Of a stretch of 64,000 nt of DNA, positions 38,665 through 52,243 are shown one piece after another. The stretch lies in NCBI GenBank assembly GCA_951406725.2, contig CATOCA020000001.1, positions 4,650,001 to 4,714,000 on the forward strand. Direction: 5' to 3'. The position numbers and the translations under genes are program-made. Position 1 is the stretch's first letter. Each line of letters opens with the position of its first letter. This DNA is from Octopus vulgaris. Lineage: Eukaryota. Under the pieces are notes generated by a model, which searched no databases, was not told the origin of the DNA, and was given only the letters and a program-made list of their open reading frames with translations.

Positions 38665-41600
38665 CTGAAATAAATATTTCAAGGTTTTTAAAATTTATTA
38701 TAAAATATTTTAAATCTAGATATTAATAATATATATTTTATTATTGTTGGAGTTTCTGATCATCAATGGGCAGCCTGTGTATGAACAGCTGTGTATGCTA
38801 CATAGTAGGGAAATATATGTTGTGAACACAGAGGACGTGTAAAGTCTTGAACAAAATGGAACCAGCATGCTCCACTGGATGGTCACTGTCAGTGTGCAGG
38901 TATAAAATGCTGACATGTTTTAAGATAAAAATCGAGTGTTATCACATGTATGTAGTACGCAAGACAGACGACTGTGCTAGTATGACCCTGTGATATGTAT
39001 GAATAAGATCAGCTGTATAAAGAGCACCGATCTGTAAATGTGGAGAAAACCTCAAGAAAACTGGAAGGAATTGTTGAGAAATGAGCTTCAGATCTTGAAC
39101 CTGAGAGTCAATCGGTAGAAAAGCGGGTATCTTTAAGAGACATATGTTCCTCGACCAATGGGGGTGGATAGTATCTCAGAATAGGACGTGTCTTGGGTAG
39201 AGACCGCCCATCAAATACATTTTAGAAAGAACATCAGACGATAAATGATGAGGATGTATTCGATTGTATTGTTATATGCAGCTAGTATTTATCTTGAAAG
39301 AGAAAGAGACAATGGTTTCTCAGCAGAAAACCAAAGTCATTACTTCGATAAAGACAATGCTTAGTGGATGGAACGATAAATTTAATGTTGTATCTAAGAA
39401 AAGACAACAGCAAAAATAAAAGTTTAAAACATTGTTAAAAGATATGAAGAGATAATATTTTGTAACAGCAACATCCGACATAATTCGTGATATAACAACT
39501 CAAATCTTCCTAATTTAACTAAAATATTGCACACAGTTCTACAACACCATTTCCAAAACGCTTCCGTCCCATTAATTGTCGATAAACACAGAAATAGCTA
39601 CACCAGTCGTCTCGTTAGCTGAAAACACTGATATACACCAGTTGAGCTTACTACTATAGAGAGAAATCCGTGATTATCTGGCAATGTTTAACTTGACCAT
39701 TACAAAATTCGTTAACCCTAGAAGAAGTTCAGATGTACAATTACAAACTGCACGGTGGAGAGATATCATATTGTACCCTGACTGCTACCACAATCCGCCG
39801 TACACAACAAAACGCAGCATTTTAGCAGTTCCTTGTGTGATGATTAACAAAATGAAAGAATGGAATATCTCACGGGTTAGATCTGTATTTTTCACTGAGG
39901 CTATAACCAGCTACCTCTGGTTATAGATCTATTAAAGGGCTGAGTAGAAATTAAACTACATGTGGTAAGATTTCTCTCTCCGACACATAATAGACATACA
40001 AAATTGAGATAAGCCCGCCCCAGCACGAATTTTATCAGAGAATGAAGTAAATAATTATCGAATAAACAAAACAGAAACGACTTTTTACTAAATTAGATAA
40101 ATCAATTAATTACTGCACACCAATTTCTAATTGCTGGACAACTTCAAACAATCTGACATCGCGACATCAAGTATCCTGAAACATTGTACACTTGCACAAA
40201 ACCTTATTAACTACATTTAACTGGTCATCTACATACTATTGCATAAACATATCCGAAATGATACATAATAACTGACAATTAAGCATATATAAGCATGACA
40301 CAAATATAGATCAAACTGGAAGCATTGAATCTTACGTTTGCCAGCAAGTTTCGAATATTCTCTTTCTTTTAACCCATTCCCATGTTTTCGTTTTCATTTT
40401 AATGCCCTTACAATTATTGGAGAAAGAGGCAGCGCACCAATGTCGAAACTTTTATAAGTTTAAACCTAAACGTATGCATAGTTTCTCCTGCTACTTTGAA
40501 CTTCACTTTGTTCTGCTGATCTTCCACAAGTAACAGATTGTATTATTTATTTGCTTCAAGTCAAATTCTTGACAAAGTAATCAGTCCACCCAGGCTATCC
40601 AGAAATATTTGCATAACATTTTGGTCTCTACATAGTATTTTTATGTCATCCATGAATGTCTTGTCTTGTTCTTTCACTTGGGTCATTTCTTTTGAGCAGA
40701 CTACTGATCTAAGTAACATCTCGAAACTGAAGGATTAATATTGTGCACCCTGCTCCAATTCCGATGACAGTCCCTGTAAAATGGTTTGTAATGAGCTGCC
40801 TTTTGAAATTGTTATACCAGCTCATCATCAGACCTTCACACTGCCCCAGTATGTCAAAGAAGTTCATTGATTTCATCAATAAATTGTATGGTACCCAACC
40901 ATATGCTTTAGAGCGATCAAGGCATACAACATTCCAATTACTTCAATTCTTCTTTGTGTGTTGATCCCAGTTTGACATCTCATGTCCTTCAAACCAAGAA
41001 AGTCAGGGGATTCCAGTCATCTGCACACTTTCCATCACATATCAATTATTTTGTATTTGTATAGGTGATCTCTTAGCATGTACATCCACGTAAAGCATGT
41101 CATTAAGGATTGAAACTAATTTCAATTGGCCAATTAATTGTGATTCAGATTCCTTTCATAAGTGAACTCTTTCTGCCTTATATCAGTCATAAATCCCTTC
41201 AATTTTATACTACAAACCCTTACTATTATATAATGCTTATATAATGCAGTTTTTGCTCTTGCCTCCTTGTTGCTGCAATCTCTCAGTTAAAATTTTAATT
41301 CCTGACTTTCTTAGAGGTTTTATTAGAAAGACATCAACGTTTCTTTTGCTTGTACCACAATAAAATGCACCTAGGACACTTTATCAAATGGTTTGTTTTA
41401 GGAAATTATACCCTCATATAAAACCTAGAATGGTTAACTGAGATTCGTCTGCACTCCGATCAAGAGGTGGGAGCCTGGAAATCAGACGATAAAGGATGAA
41501 GAGATAGTCAATTATTGTATAGTATCTTGCAACCAGTATCTGTTTTGAAGTAAGAAATATAGACAACAACTATCACAGAAGTAAGTTGGATGAGGGCAAT

Positions 41601-42118
41601 GTTTAGCGTATGTAATGAAATATCTGTGAAATAAATCAGACTGCTTATACTTGAAATACATTTCAAAGTACTTTTTTAGAAATATCAGCCAAAATAACAA
41701 TATTAATCTATCAGCAAACATAGTAGAAAATGTAAAACAAAGAGAAATGTCATTAACACGAATGTTTATCGCTAAACAACTACGAATATTAGTTTTCTCT
41801 TCCAAAGTGAAATATAAAATCTATTGTCTTCGAAGTTATCCATTTTACAAACCATGCTCACCACATCGGATATTTTGTGAAATTACAATAATATCGATAT
41901 GTTTTATTGGGTAAACTGGCAATATGACCATTCCGAAATATAATAATATCTGTTTCAACACACGACTTCACATAAAAAAATCTTGCACAACAAATATTTA
42001 ATAGAATTATTATGCATCAAACTTTTCAAATGCAAAATTTGGATTGGAAGATGTTGTCAGTCATTCAGTAAAGTTAAAATTTACAGTAATCGATAAGGTA
42101 ATGATATTTTATACTCAT

Positions 42119-42181
42119 GATCAAATGATTCTGTTTCAAGCATAGGAAAGTTTGGAGACAGTATTGTTTGCGACTATGTGT
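42119..42181 (-). pseudogene. Micro-exon 5, dead (DT*SQTILSPNFPMLETESFD)
   Basis: Acceptor ttcCG, donor ATgagt, in-frame TAG; homologous flanks. Confidence 0.65.
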
Positions 42182-42284
42182 CGGAAAAATATATTTTCAA
42201 GTTTTACATTTTACACTATAATGTGATTATATCTATTAATCAAAAATATTCCATTACCGTAAGATATCTTTATGTTCAATTGTC

Positions 42285-43295
42285 AACGGCTGACCACTAT
42301 GCTTTTGGTCAGCACGCTTTACAGATTCATTACAACAAAACTCTATATTAAGAGCCACCAAAATATTAACTAATTTCCTATCTTTACTCTCTGTATTCAG
42401 ACATCAAATATAATTTAACAATATTGTAATTATTTAATTTCATTGTCTCTTTATAACAATATTTTGCTTTTAGTTTTCTCTTTCCTTCCGTATTTCTCTG
42501 ATTTTCAGGGAGTTTAAGGCACAGGTATAAAGAGAGGATAACTCAACTACTGAAAAACAGTGCTATAAAGAGATAATTACGTGAAGTATTTGCAATATTG
42601 TTCAATTATGTTGGATGTCACAGTACATTGCATAGATATGTGAAAGTTGGTCTCAAAACGAAGCTGGATTGGACCAATCGCATAAATCTCTTCAACGACA
42701 CCTATTTACCTGCAATTTACAACAGGTGTGAAAGCTGGTACACAATGAAGAGGGAGGAAGTGAGTCTGATAATGGCCAAAATCACAATCGAAAAATCGAC
42801 GTTATGGAATGTTGCTAAATTTGCACATCAGGGGTGAGGCGATCATAGAGAAATCAGGTGTGAGAGACATCATCACTAAAAACTTATGGCAAAATTTCAG
42901 ATGGGACAGGTAACCAGCTCACTGAAAATATTTAGAGATGCACAGTTGTTGAGAGTTGTATACACGAGCAGAGGAGGTCACTGAGAGCGAATCCAAAAGT
43001 GAGTGTTTGACGAAATACGACATGCTACGTAGGTGAGAAGGTCAAGATGAAGACAGAAGTGGAGGATGCACTGTGTTCTCTGGTGTCGTCAATACACTCA
43101 GTCAGTCGACCATGGTCAAGGTGGTATTTCTGTCACATCTATGACATAGCGTTTTCACCTCTACCGTAGTAAACGTCACGAACCAAACTTCTCGTTTTCT
43201 GCTCAACTCCAATGTCAAGCAAGTGGATGACCATATATCTATCTACAAAAACTGGTCACACCACTTACCGTTAGACAGAAAGTACCTGCTCTCTG
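42285..43295 (+). repeat. ~1-kb duplication (second copy ~45800-46810) carrying a decayed RTE fragment
   Basis: High identity by eye; RINLFNDT.LPAIY.RCESW resembles the RTE LFN..VLP.MLYG.E.W motif. Confidence 0.85.
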
Positions 43296-45615
43296 TGAAA
43301 TATTGCTTCTGGTAATCTTTGATTTTAACTGCCCACATCAACCTGCGTATTTGTGACGCATCAATGACATGGCGTTTTCACATCTACAGTAGAACTCACT
43401 AATCAAACATTCTTATAATTTTCTGCTCACCTCCAATGTCAACAAGGTTAATCATCAAATATCGATCTTCAAATACATTTCACACCACTTCATTTTAGAC
43501 AACTAGCACCTACTCTCTGCGTGAAACATTGCTGCTGGTAATCTTTAAGTTTAACTGCTCTCACCAACGTTCGCCAGAATGTCTTCTGATACAGAAGATG
43601 TGTGAAACCTCCTTACGGAAACAGTTTTCTTTCCAGATGAGTAATAATTTATTCTACTAAGATGTTGGCGAAATTGGTATCAGGTACCCCAAAAACTACA
43701 CCGCCGTTTATCTACACATCATTGCATAAAATGCATCCGAAATGGTACATAATAGAACTGATTCTCAAAAATACATACGCAAGCCATGCTAGAAACATCA
43801 TATACTATATTTACTTTGAGGTTTTCACAAATCTATTGCTTATAAACCATTATCGATTTTTACCATGATCTCAATATCTCTATTCTTACTAGACAATAGG
43901 GAAGCCTACCAGCATACGAAATACTTACAAATTTGTCATTAAAATATGTCATGGTTTCTCTTGATACGTTGTATATCACTTGTTTCTGCTGCCCTTTGAC
44001 AATTAAAAAACCGTATTATTTATTTGCATTAAGTCTTAATCTCGACCAAGGATTAAATCCATTCCGGTTGTCCAAAACTATTAGCATATTCTTTTGATCT
44101 CTTTCCCTTATTTGTATGTCATCGATGATGTTTCTTCAGCCATATCTGCTGATCTGAGTAACATCTCATTAACAAAGACTGACATTTTGCATCCTACTCT
44201 AGTTTCACGCCAATCCTACTCTCTGTATAATATGTGTGTAACGAATAGCATTTGGAAATTGTTAAACCAACTCTTCGTCATATTTTTAAAATCCTCCTGT
44301 ATGTAAACGAAGGCCATTGCTTTTCTCGATGGTTTATGTTGTTCACATCCCTAAGCATTAGACTGATCCAACCATACAACATTCAAATCACTTCTATTTT
44401 TCTATGTATGTTGGTCCCACTTTTACAAGGCATGTCCCAAACACTCAGGATGTCAACGGATTCTTTTGCATTCACACTTTCAGTCTCATTAGAGTTATTT
44501 TGTCGATGTGTAGTTGATCTCTGACCATGGAAATCTTAGCAATCATAATTGCAATCGGTGCCAACTTGCGAATTAGTTTCGCTTTAGCTTAAGTTGTACG
44601 CAAAATCTTTCTCTCTTCCTCCAGCCATCAATCACACCAACTTTATACCCGAAAGCTCCACCATTATGTGATGCCTACAACAAAACCTTGTACAAGACTT
44701 GAAACTTTCTAATGTACAGCCTCACCTTGCCTTATACCCAAAGATAACTACTTCTTTCCTGCTGCAATCCTCAAGCTCAAATTCTTCGTTCCTGATTTTG
44801 TTGGACATTTTCTAAGAGAGACGATAATATTTCACATGCTTTGCAACAATAAAATGCACCTAGAACCCTTTAGAAAGTGGTTGGTGTCAGGAATGGCATA
44901 GCACTACATGAAAGCAGTGATGTTTAAGTGAGATATGTTCCTCTACGAATGAAGAAGGGAAGTAGTTCTGAAGAAGAACTGACTTGGACAGCGACAACTC
45001 ATCTAGTCCATAGGAGCCTGGAAATCTAACGATAAGTGTCGGGGTTGTTACCTGTGATTCACTTGCATCGTGCAACCTGTATCTTTCATGAAGTAAGAAA
45101 GGCAGATACCGATTATCACAGTAGCAAAGAAATGTTTTCTATTCGGGAAAAGACAATGTGTAGTGGATGTAATAATGAAATTACTACCAGTGTAACATAA
45201 CAGAGAGTTTACACTTGGAACGCATTTCATTGTAATTCTTCTAGATTATGAGAAGCATCCGTTTAAATAACAACAATAACAATAATAACCTACGAGTGAA
45301 TGTGGTAAAAAATGTGACAAAAACGGCTGTCATTAACTCTAAATTTATGTTCCTAAACAAATAGCTTAGTTCTATCTTTCTCAAAACTATACTAAATATA
45401 TTCCCGTTTCAATTTTCCATGTTACAAACCACGCTAACTTCGTTGGATATTTTGTGAAATTTCAATAATATCGATATATTGAATAGAATTATTATACAAC
45501 AAACCTTTCGAATCTAATTAGGGATAGAATCTGTACTCAGTCGTTCTAACATACAAAAGCTCGAGATAAATTGAAATGTATAGAAATCGGTAACTTAATA
45601 TTATTTCATACTTAC

Positions 45616-45702
45616 ATTCTTCCTCTGATTCATCTACTCCAGAAGATGATTGTAAACCGGAATCGGTACTGGCTCCGGGTACTATACTTGCTGTTGAATG
45701 TT
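45616..45702 (-). CDS. Micro-exon 4, Ser/acidic (EHSTASIVPGASTDSGLQSSSGVDESEEE)
   Basis: atttcag|87 nt|gtaagt, phase 1-1, open. Confidence 0.75.
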
Positions 45703-47082
45703 CTGAAATGAATATTTTCAAGATTTGCGTTGTATAGCATGATGTGCTTATCTTTGTTAATAATCTATATTTCACTATTGTGACTTATTTCTATTGTCAA
45801 TGGTCAACGGCTGACCATTATGCACGCTTTCAATATAACAAAACTCTATATAAAGGGCCACCAAAATATTAACTAATTTCCTCTCTTTACTCTCTGTATT
45901 CAGACATCAAATATAATTTAACAATATTGTAATTATTTAATTTCATTGTCTCTTTATAACAATATTTTGCTTTTAGTTTTCTCTTTCCTTCCGTATTTCT
46001 CTGATTTTCAGGGAGTTTAAGGCACAGGTATAAAGAGAGGAAAACTTAACTACTGAAAAACAGTGCTATAAAGGGATAATTACGTGAAGTAATTGTAATA
46101 TTGTTAAATTATGTTGGATGTCACAGTACATTGCATAGATATGTGAAAGTTGGTCTCAAAACGAAGCTGGATTGGACCAATCGCATAAATCTCTTCAACG
46201 ACACCGATTTACCTGCAATTTACAGCAGGTGTGAAAGCTGTTACACAACGAAGATGGAGGATGTGAGTCTGATAATGGCCCAAAGCACAATCGAAAAATC
46301 GAGGTTTGGGAGTGTTGCTAAATTTGCACATCAGGAGTGAGGCGATCATAGAGAAATCAGGTGTGAGAGACATCATCACTAAAAACTTATGGCAAAATTT
46401 CAGATGGGACAGGTAGCTAGCTCACTGAAATTATTTAGAGATGCACAGTTGTTGAGAGTTATATACGCGAGCAGAGGAGGTCACTGAGAGCGAATCCAAA
46501 AGTGAGTGTTTGACGAAATACGACATGCTACGTAGGTGAGAAGGTCAAGATGAAGACAGAAGTGGAGGGTGCACTGTGATCTCTGGTGTCGTCAATACAC
46601 TCAGTCAGTCGATCATGGTCAAAGTGGTATTTCTGTCACATCTATGACATAGCGTTTTCACCTCTACCGTAGTAAACGTCACGAACCAAACTTTTCGTTT
46701 TCTGCTCAACTCCAATGACAAGCAAGTTGATAACCATACATCTATCTACAAAAACTGGTCACACTACTTACCGTTAGACAGAAAGTACCTGCTCTCTCCG
46801 TGAAACATTGGATTTGGTAATCTTTAATTGTAACTGCCCACTTCTACGTACATCAGAATGTCATCTAATGTAGAAAATATTTGAAGACCCCTGAATGAAA
46901 TAGATTTCATCCCAAGTGAGGAATAATTAATTCTACACAGGTGTAGGAGAAAGAAATATCAGATGTCCCCCAAAACTGTTACCACCTAATTTACTTCATA
47001 TAAGTTCATGGTAAATTTACTATCAGTGAAATATGACAGAATCTTTATGGAAATCGATAAGGTAATATAAATTTAAACTCAC

Positions 47083-47133
47083 CATGAAGTTTTCTACTGA
47101 GTAGTCTCCTTCTGGCTAAATTTCTTCTATAAT
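47083..47133 (-). CDS. Micro-exon 3, basic (DYRRNLARRRLLSRKLH)
   Basis: atttcag|51 nt|gtgagt, phase 1-1, open. Confidence 0.65.
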
Positions 47134-47639
47134 CTGAAATGAATATTTTCACGTATTACATTTTATTGTATGAATTGGTTATATCTCTTAATCTATATTT
47201 TGATATTCTTCGACATTTATATCTTAAATGGTCAACGGATGACCACTATATCTTTGGTGAGCGACTCATACTGTTTACCACAATATTTAGAGCCTTCAAA
47301 ATATGCGCAAATTTCCTACATATCCCCTCTGTATTTAGATATCCAGCATAATTTATCAAGATTGAAATTATTTAATTCAATTACCTCTTTATAACGGTAT
47401 TCTTCATTTAGTTATGCCTTTCCTTTCGTATCTCCCTGCATTTGAGCGAGTTTAATGTACAGATATAAGAGAGCAAAACTAAACTAATGAGAAACAGTGT
47501 TATAAAGAGATAATTACGTGAAGTAATTGCAATATTGTATAAATTATGTCGGATGTCGCATTACAGTGCGGTGATATATATCCGTAATCAAGCGATCAGA
47601 GAGAATTCTGGTGAGAGCGACATCATCACCAAATGCAGA

Positions 47640-48010
47640 AGGAAGAAGTGTTGTATTACTCTTGAATAGTCTCCTGATGTTATATGGGCAGCATATCTTT
47701 TGTATCTTTTCGGAGAGGCCTTTCACATAGGGTAGACAGACTGTGGACAGTTCATTGGTTTCATCCTCTTTTTTCGTCATAATTGGAGGGGATTGTATGT
47801 TTTTGGGTAGTTGTTGCTTAATAGATTGTTAATTAGCTTGATCATTTCTTCGTGGTGGGTTTCACGATCGACACTTATATTCTTAGTCGATGTTTTAGGC
47901 ACTGAGCAATCCCTCTCTTTACACTGTATGGATGGTAGGAAATGAAGTTGAAGTATCGTCCAGTAAAGGTCAGTTTGCGGTATACGGATGTCCTGAATCC
48001 ATAATTTATT
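47640..48010 (-). mobile_element. Penelope-like RT thumb/linker fragment
   Basis: VYRK.T.TG..NF.SYHPYSVK.G, LLSNNYPK, VCLPYVKGLSEKIQKIC..YNI...FKSNTTL. Confidence 0.8.
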
Positions 48011-49006
48011 GTATTGTATCTTGCAGCAAATATTTATCCTGAAGAGAGTGAGACAATGGTTGTCCCAGCAGGAAACCAAAGTCTCCTTCTTGGACAAAGA
48101 CAACGTTTAGTGCATGTAATGATAGATTTACTTTCAGTGAGAAAAGTATGTTCACAGTTGGAACAAATTTCATTGTAACTCTGCGAGATTATGAGAGACA
48201 TCTGCCTAAACAACAACAACAATAACAATAACTGCCTATCCATAAACAGTCAGAATGAAAAACAAACAAAATCATAATTCTCCTGCTTACACTTAACCCA
48301 TGGTCTGCTATGAGAATCTAATAAAAATTGGTGTGTTTAACAATATTTAGTAATTAAATTTTGTCATTATTAACTCTGGCTAATTCTAGAGGACATTTAT
48401 ATCATAAATCGCAATTTTTGAACTACAAAAATATCGACTGTTTTGAAAAGTTCTTTTTTCTTTTCTTGCATTTCCCTTCTATATCATTCATTGATATTTC
48501 ATACACATTCGCATTTGATACTCTAGTTTCAGAAAAACTAAAATCTTTATTATTGCAATTGAATAGAAAGAGATAAATATGCTTTTTCTCAGCGATCCCC
48601 ATTTGGGACTTATCGAAACAATTATCATAATTTCCAAAATAAATCACATATGAAGAAAATTTAAATACTATGTATTATTTTAACTCCTGAGACACCAGGC
48701 AAAGCCAAAAATATGAATACAAAATTGGCAGTTAATGGTTAAACAACATTATTAGTTTCATGATCAAATGACAAAATCAACTCTATTGTGTCCTCTATTT
48801 TCAACACTATTACCAACCGTGCTAACTTGAAGCGATATTTTATAAACTTTCAGTAATATCGATATCTTTAACAGAATTATTATACAGCTAATCGTTCAAC
48901 TTGAAAGTAGGAGTGGAATCCATTTTCAGTTATTCTTTCAAACACAATATACCCAGGTAAATTAAATCTTATAGAAATCAATTGGGAACTCTTATTTTAT
49001 ATTCAC

Positions 49007-49071
49007 CACTTTGCTCGGATGTAGGCTCTAATAATTGTAAATCTGTTTGCACTCCCTTGTCTTTGGAGATA
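49007..49071 (-). pseudogene. Micro-exon 2 (..KDKGVQTDLQLLEPTSEQS), acceptor TG, 65 nt (frame-breaking)
   Basis: tatttcTG|...|gtgaat; homologous flanks; apparent internal deletion. Confidence 0.7.
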
Positions 49072-50458
49072 CAGAAATAAACATTTACAAGTTTTACATT
49101 TAATAATAAAATTTCTTTATCTTTATTTTTATTAAACTCTATCTTGTTATTGTGAGACATTCAATTCCTGTTGTTACTGGTCAACTGTTGACCATTATGG
49201 TTTTGGTCAATATTTCTGTACTTTCTAAAGTGGTCCCATGTAATAGCCCAATATGTCCACAATAAAACAGACTAACATTCCTAAATCCACCCTCTCCCTC
49301 TCTTTCTCTCTCTCTCTCTCTCTCACTCTCTCTCTCTAAAAACACATTAAATATTCTAACAATGTTGCAATTATCCCGTTTAATTAACACTTGATAACAG
49401 TTTTCTCTTAGCTTTGTCTTTCTCTTCTTATAACTGTGCCAAATCTATGGCATGGCACAGTCCTCTCATCTCTAGAATTCACTAATCAACATTCCTCTCT
49501 AGTTAAGTAAAACTGAGGCCATAAAGATGTCCTTTATGTGTATACACTCCACTCCGCAACACTGTCTGTCCCCTAAAAACATCTCCACAAGCCAAATTGC
49601 ATACACACTTCCCCAACATGATCCCTAACAAGATATAAAATGTAAGGTAAGGGTACATGATGATGCTATGACAAAATTTGAACGCAACAATCAAGACCAA
49701 AGGGTGAAACACTCAGAAAACTGTGCCTCTTTTAGCATTAATATCATCTAAAATCTAACAAGTGTGAGAAAAAGAATGACTATATGGATGGTAAATGCTG
49801 TTCAAACAACGTAATAAGTGTATATTATATATAGTTACAAACAAGGATTTGTGAGATCAAGTCACACAGGGAACTCATATTTAATTCCTATCTTTATATT
49901 TTATGTCAACGCCAATATTTTGTTTAAATGCAAACAGATGTTCACGGTTCAATACTAAATCTAACATTTAATAAAATTAAGTTCATGATGAATATTCTTA
50001 TACAGAGTTAATATTTAATTAGAATTTTCTAATTTGCAACTACAAAATGTATTCTAACCAGAGACATTCAGGGTACACAACCCCAGAAAATACAAAATAT
50101 TACGACAGACATCTGGCTACATAACAACATCAAGAATAACCTATCAGAAAACTTACGAAAGATCTTAGTAGAAAAACAAACAACTATTTTATTAATTCAC
50201 GAGTTTACACCTAAAATAATAAATTATAGTTCCATAGAAGACAATATTAACTCTTTTGTGGCTTTTAATTTATCCATTTTACCAAACATGTTAACCATGA
50301 CTTTATGAAATTTCATATTTTTAATACAATTACTTTAGAGCTAACCTTTAAATGGAAATTAGAAATGGGATTTGTTCTCCACCATTCTAATACGCAAAAT
50401 AACTGAGGTGGATGTACAATCTATAGAAATTAATTAAGATCTCTAATTTTAAACTCAT

Positions 50459-50509
50459 CAACTGTCTCTGCCACAGTCTGCACTACCTTCTCTTCAAACT
50501 TTGGACTCT
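50459..50509 (-). pseudogene. Micro-exon 1 (ESPKFEEKVVQTVAETV), donor AT instead of GT
   Basis: atttcag|51 nt open|ATgagt; flanks homologous to the other micro-exon units. Confidence 0.75.
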
Positions 50510-51643
50510 CTGAAATATGTGTTTCCAAGTTTTATAGTTATTTATAGCACAATCTCTTTATATTTATTAATAATCTATATTTTATTAATGAGAAACATTC
50601 ATATCATCAATGGCCAACCAGCGATCATAATTGTTTTGGTCAATATTTTTATACTTTCAACAGTGGACCCATGTAATAGCCAATATTTAGCTCCAAAACG
50701 AACTCTAGTTGATCTTTGTAAATTTCCTCTCTCTGTTAAGATATCCTACATAATCTAACAATGCTGTAATTATATCACTTAATTATCACCTAATAACAGT
50801 TAATCTGTAGGTTTTGGTTTCCTTGCTTATATCTATGCCAAATCTATTGCATTTTCAAAACCCTGATCTTCACTAACAACCTGTTTGATTCCAGTGTCAA
50901 CAAATTTATTCATCAAAGATATAACAACAAACACATGTCACAACCACTTCAAGAAGGGGAAACATACACCTAATCTCTTTGTTAAACATTGTTGCTGATA
51001 ATCTTTAATTTTAACTTCACAGTTCAACAGAATGCCATCTTATTCAGGATATATTTGAAGGTTTCATGATCTGGTTGGAACGTGACACTCATGTCAGAAC
51101 CAAAACCAAAATTTGAGAGACGAACAAAACTGTGTCTCTGTTAGCCTTGATATCACCCAAAGACCAACACAGCAACATGGAGTTGTGTGTTGAAGTCTCA
51201 AACACTGGTGACACAAACTTTTACTCCTTTAAAATATTCTACTGAATTTAATACTTTGCCAAAGATGACACTGATGTCCTTGTAAGTACTGTTGTATTTA
51301 ATTATCTTCTAATAACTCATAATTAATTATAGAGTTGATGGAGATTTATTAATACTTCAGTTACTCACTAATTATCTTGCAGAATCCTCCATTATCTTTA
51401 TGTTGCAGACTACAACCCTCTTGAAGTGTGACATGTTTCCTACTTGGATAAGGTCAATGTTTATTGGATGTAGTGTGAGAGATATACTATTACAGAGAAC
51501 AGACACTAGGAACACCTTTTATCATAAATCTGCCAGATTATGGCAGACCTCTGTCTACATAACAACATGAAGTATATTATTCTACACAATAAGGGCAGTG
51601 GGACAAGCAGGACAAACAGACAGATCAGACAAGATTTTCTTAC

Positions 51644-51784
51644 CATCTCCAGTTCTGCTCGTTACAGGTTTCCCTGCACTTCAGACATCGTTTAAGAGAG
51701 ATTCTCGAACATGTTTCACATGTGACAAAATGCCCGCATGGAAGAAATTTTATTGTGGCCGTTTTATTTTTGCACCACAAACAT
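51644..51784 (-). CDS. C3HC4 RING finger exon (MIB/IAP-type), with a probable +1 G near 51672
   Basis: ccacag|a CLWCKNKTATIKFLPCGHFVTCETCSRISLKRCLKCR...|gtaaga; C-x2-C..PCGH..C-x2-C..C-x2-C. Removing one G gives CRKPVTSRTGD and a phase-1 end matching the downstream exons. Confidence 0.9.
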
Positions 51785-52243
51785 CTGTGGAACAAAATAG
51801 AAACATATCAAACCAATAACATTCATGTATAAGAAATATTAGAAATATTACATCGTGTACATGTTTGGAGTAGGGAATATTATGAGACACTCCAGTGACA
51901 AGCAAGAGTATATCAGAAATTCTTCTTTAAACAATTACATACATACAGAATTGTGTGTAGTTAAATGGCATGCTCACAAACACACATACATACATACACA
52001 CACATACATACATACACACACATGCATACATACATTGATAAATGTTTGTCTTGACCCTGATACATCATAGAAATTGGTTGACACACAGTGAACTGCATAT
52101 ATTCCAGAAATATATTTCACTTCTAACATCGAACTCATTTCTTCTGAACAAATATATCTACACAGGTTTCTTTATATGCACATACTTTATTATATACACT
52201 TTATTATATACACCCTGTCTCCACAGATTAGCAGATGAGGTGT

